64,000 bases of DNA, taken from assembly GCA_044892525.1 (NCBI GenBank), contig CM097886.1:48856001-48920000 (forward strand). The letters run 5' to 3'. Source of the DNA: Schmidtea polychroa. Lineage: Eukaryota. Every line of letters begins with the position of its first letter. Position 1 is the first letter of the stretch. A program made the translations under genes and the position numbers. Positions 61,464 to 64,000 of this stretch are shown piece after piece. The notes under the pieces are model-generated. The model worked only from the letters and a program-made list of their open reading frames with translations. It was not told where the DNA came from and made no database searches.

Positions 61464-62792
61464 TGTAAGTATTATCATTTTTTATACGAATATTTCTAAT
61501 CTTTCAGTCATTTAAATTTAATTTTTCCTTTTTTTTAAATTCTGATTTTTTTAATTAGTCAATACATCGAATAATTCGCGCTTACTATGAATGGGGAAAA
61601 TACTATAAGTAAGAGTATTTTCTAACTCCTTCCAATTTTATTAGCATTTTATTTAAATGAATAAATTATTTTGTTTTAATGAAGTAGTTTTTTTAATGAA
61701 TAAAATTTGATTTTTTGTGTTAATCAATTGGATTTATGTTTAAATAATGCGAAAAATCAGTCAATTTGAATTTTCAGTGAAAATTGTGTCAATGTGAAAG
61801 TTGGAAAATACTGTTGGGTGTAAGCTCTTACCATTACGAACTTATGACAGAAAGCAATTAAATGAAATGTAAGATAATAACTTTAATGTATTACAATCTT
61901 TTATTAAAAAATTAGTAACTTAAGTTTCTTAAACTTCTAGATCTTGTTCTACTTCAATCATAACTTCAATAATTTATTTTGACATTATTGATTTTGGATT
62001 TTGTGTACTCACAAAATTTAATTTCTTCATCCATGAACAAAGATCTTATGCTTTGGACGCTTTACGTATTTTCCATTTCCATTTGTGTCAGGTGTGGACA
62101 ACTAGCGACTTGAATCGGAATTTCTTAGGGCCCTGAAAACAAGTTCTAATATAAGTTCGTATGAGGTAGAAAAATATTTTATATTAATATTTGAATTTCT
62201 GTCATTTGTAAAATAAAAATAATTTTTTGCAACTCACTCTATTTTTAATAATTTAAAAAAATTAGCTCCTGTATAGTTTTATGTTAACCAGGCCTGGCTT
62301 ATTTAAACAAATCATCAAAATTATATTAAAAATCAAAGTTTATTCGTTACAAGTGTATAATAATTATTATGTAATATGATGATTATTATGTAATAAAACT
62401 TATTGATCTCTTTGGCATATTACGATTTCTTGATGTCTCGTAATATTCTGTGTCAAATTTTTATATAATTTAAATGTTTTATTTAGGAAATTACTTCAAA
62501 AGGATTATAGTTATTTCTTTTTGCTTTCAATGTATTTTTATACCATTCAGTGTTTTTCTAGTATATCCAAAACATTTTTTGTATGGGATTTTGCGACATC
62601 ATTAATTAACCAATGGTCATTTGTTTCACAGTTATGTAGAACTGGCTCAAGAGTGTATGGCACTCTAGGTCGCTTCTTCAACTTGCACCCTAGGGCCCCA
62701 AATGAGAAGCACTGGTCTAATATGTACTTATCTAATATGCACAATGACGCACATAATTTTTATCGCAAACGTAATTCAACAATTGCATGGGT

Positions 62793-63294
62793 CAGGGATT
62801 CCTAACCTTGGGTACGCGTACCAATCTCAGTACGCGGGCAAGCAGCTACCGATAAGCGAATTACTTTACTATATATAAAAATCTATTAAAAATCTGTTTT
62901 GTGAAAAAAACATGACTACAATAACCCATACATTGAATCGGATCTTCGCCTTAAACTGATAAACATTGAGCCCGATATATTTTCTTTAGTTAATAATAAA
63001 CAAGACCAACTTTCTCACTAACTATTTTTTAAATCATAATTACATTTTANNNNNNNNNNNNNNNNNNNNNNNNNNNNNNNNNNNNNNNNNNNNNNNNNNN
63101 NNNNNNNNNNNNNNNNNNNNNNNNNNNNNNNNNNNNNNNNNNNNNNNNNNNNNNNNNNNNNNNNNNNNNNNNNNNNNNNNNTTACATATCTCCATCGCAT
63201 TTTATACCCCATTAAGAAAATTAGGTTTCCCGGTACGCCATCAAATTGTTTACAACGTACAGGTACGGTACTATGAAAAGATTGGAAACCCCTG
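62793..63294 (+). mobile_element. hAT (Buster/Charlie) non-autonomous relic spanning an N gap
   Basis: CAGGGATTCCTAAC / TTGGAAACCCCTG ends; C-terminal peptide ESDLRLKLINIEPDIFSLV..KQ.Q.SH*. Confidence 0.6.
63050..63181. other. Assembly gap (N run)
   Basis: Direct observation. Confidence 0.99.
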
Positions 63295-64000
63295 CCATAG
63301 GCGATTATTTATCGCTGGAATATCTATTTCTAAAATTTCGAAGTTCAAGGAATAAATCAAAGCCTGAAATATCTTTCCGTTTTATCGGCCAGTAACAGTT
63401 CTAATTTTGTATACTCAATTGACAACTGACTTTTACTCATCGTTATAGATTTTTACTGATTTATAGTCTTCAAGCTCTCTTTTTAATAAATTTCAATATT
63501 TATTTTTAATATTACAAGATTGTTACAAGATTGATACAAGTTTCAATAGACGGTCAAAAATTTAAGAAATTTTGTCGCTATTAAATGTCGTAGCAGTTGC
63601 TAGTTAAAATTCAATTTTTCTAAACTGTAGTGATCATGTTGAATTGCAAGTAATATCAAATGGGTAAGTTACTTGTATTCTTAGTCAACTACGCGCGTCT
63701 GCAAATGCATGAGTTTACCGAATTGTCAGAAGGATTTTGCTCTGGGAACCAGTAACAATATATGAATATAAAAGAAGCAATCAAGTTAGGGAAACGAAAA
63801 TGAAAGGGATTCTGTCAGTTTTTTCATCTGCCTTTTATCACTTAAAGGTTTATATGTGTACACTGTATATGTTTAAAATTGTATCATGTAATTTTATACA
63901 TTTTTTGTGTAACTAAGCGAATGATTTGCTCTCTATACCAGTAGTTCTAAGGATATTTTTAATCTTGACGCAACTAATAACCATCAATTCTTTGCGATTC

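Overview
Very AT-rich eukaryotic (invertebrate-like) DNA with many short GT-AG introns and two N gaps; a flatworm-like host is plausible but not provable from sequence. 1-1890 is a 241-244 bp tandem satellite. 2305-15683 is a full-length 13.4 kb Ty3/gypsy LTR element with 1012-bp LTRs, an AAGT target-site duplication (TSD), a primer-binding site (PBS) and a polypurine tract (PPT). Its architecture is unusual: apparently one polyprotein, now broken by 3 in-frame stops and 4 frameshifts, in the order Gag(CCHC) - AT-hook - Bcl-2-like domain - signal/anchor - class III (chuvirus/gB-type) fusion glycoprotein - protease - RT - RNase H - integrase - signal-like segment/FN3-like/Thr-rich - unknown - REXO4/ISG20-like DEDD exonuclease fold - acidic tail running into the 3' LTR. 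It inserted into a decayed relative that preserves the same Bcl-2-like and glycoprotein sequences. The rest holds four intron-rich host genes on + (E(z)/EZH, SLC25A38-like, HDHD3-like, CASD1-like continuing to or beyond ~61.5 kb), plus solo LTRs, hAT, piggyBac-like and Tigger relics, a Ginger/KRBA2-type integrase relic, a decayed gypsy pol and an HSP90 pseudogene fragment. All domain assignments are by-eye motif recognition, not database searches.
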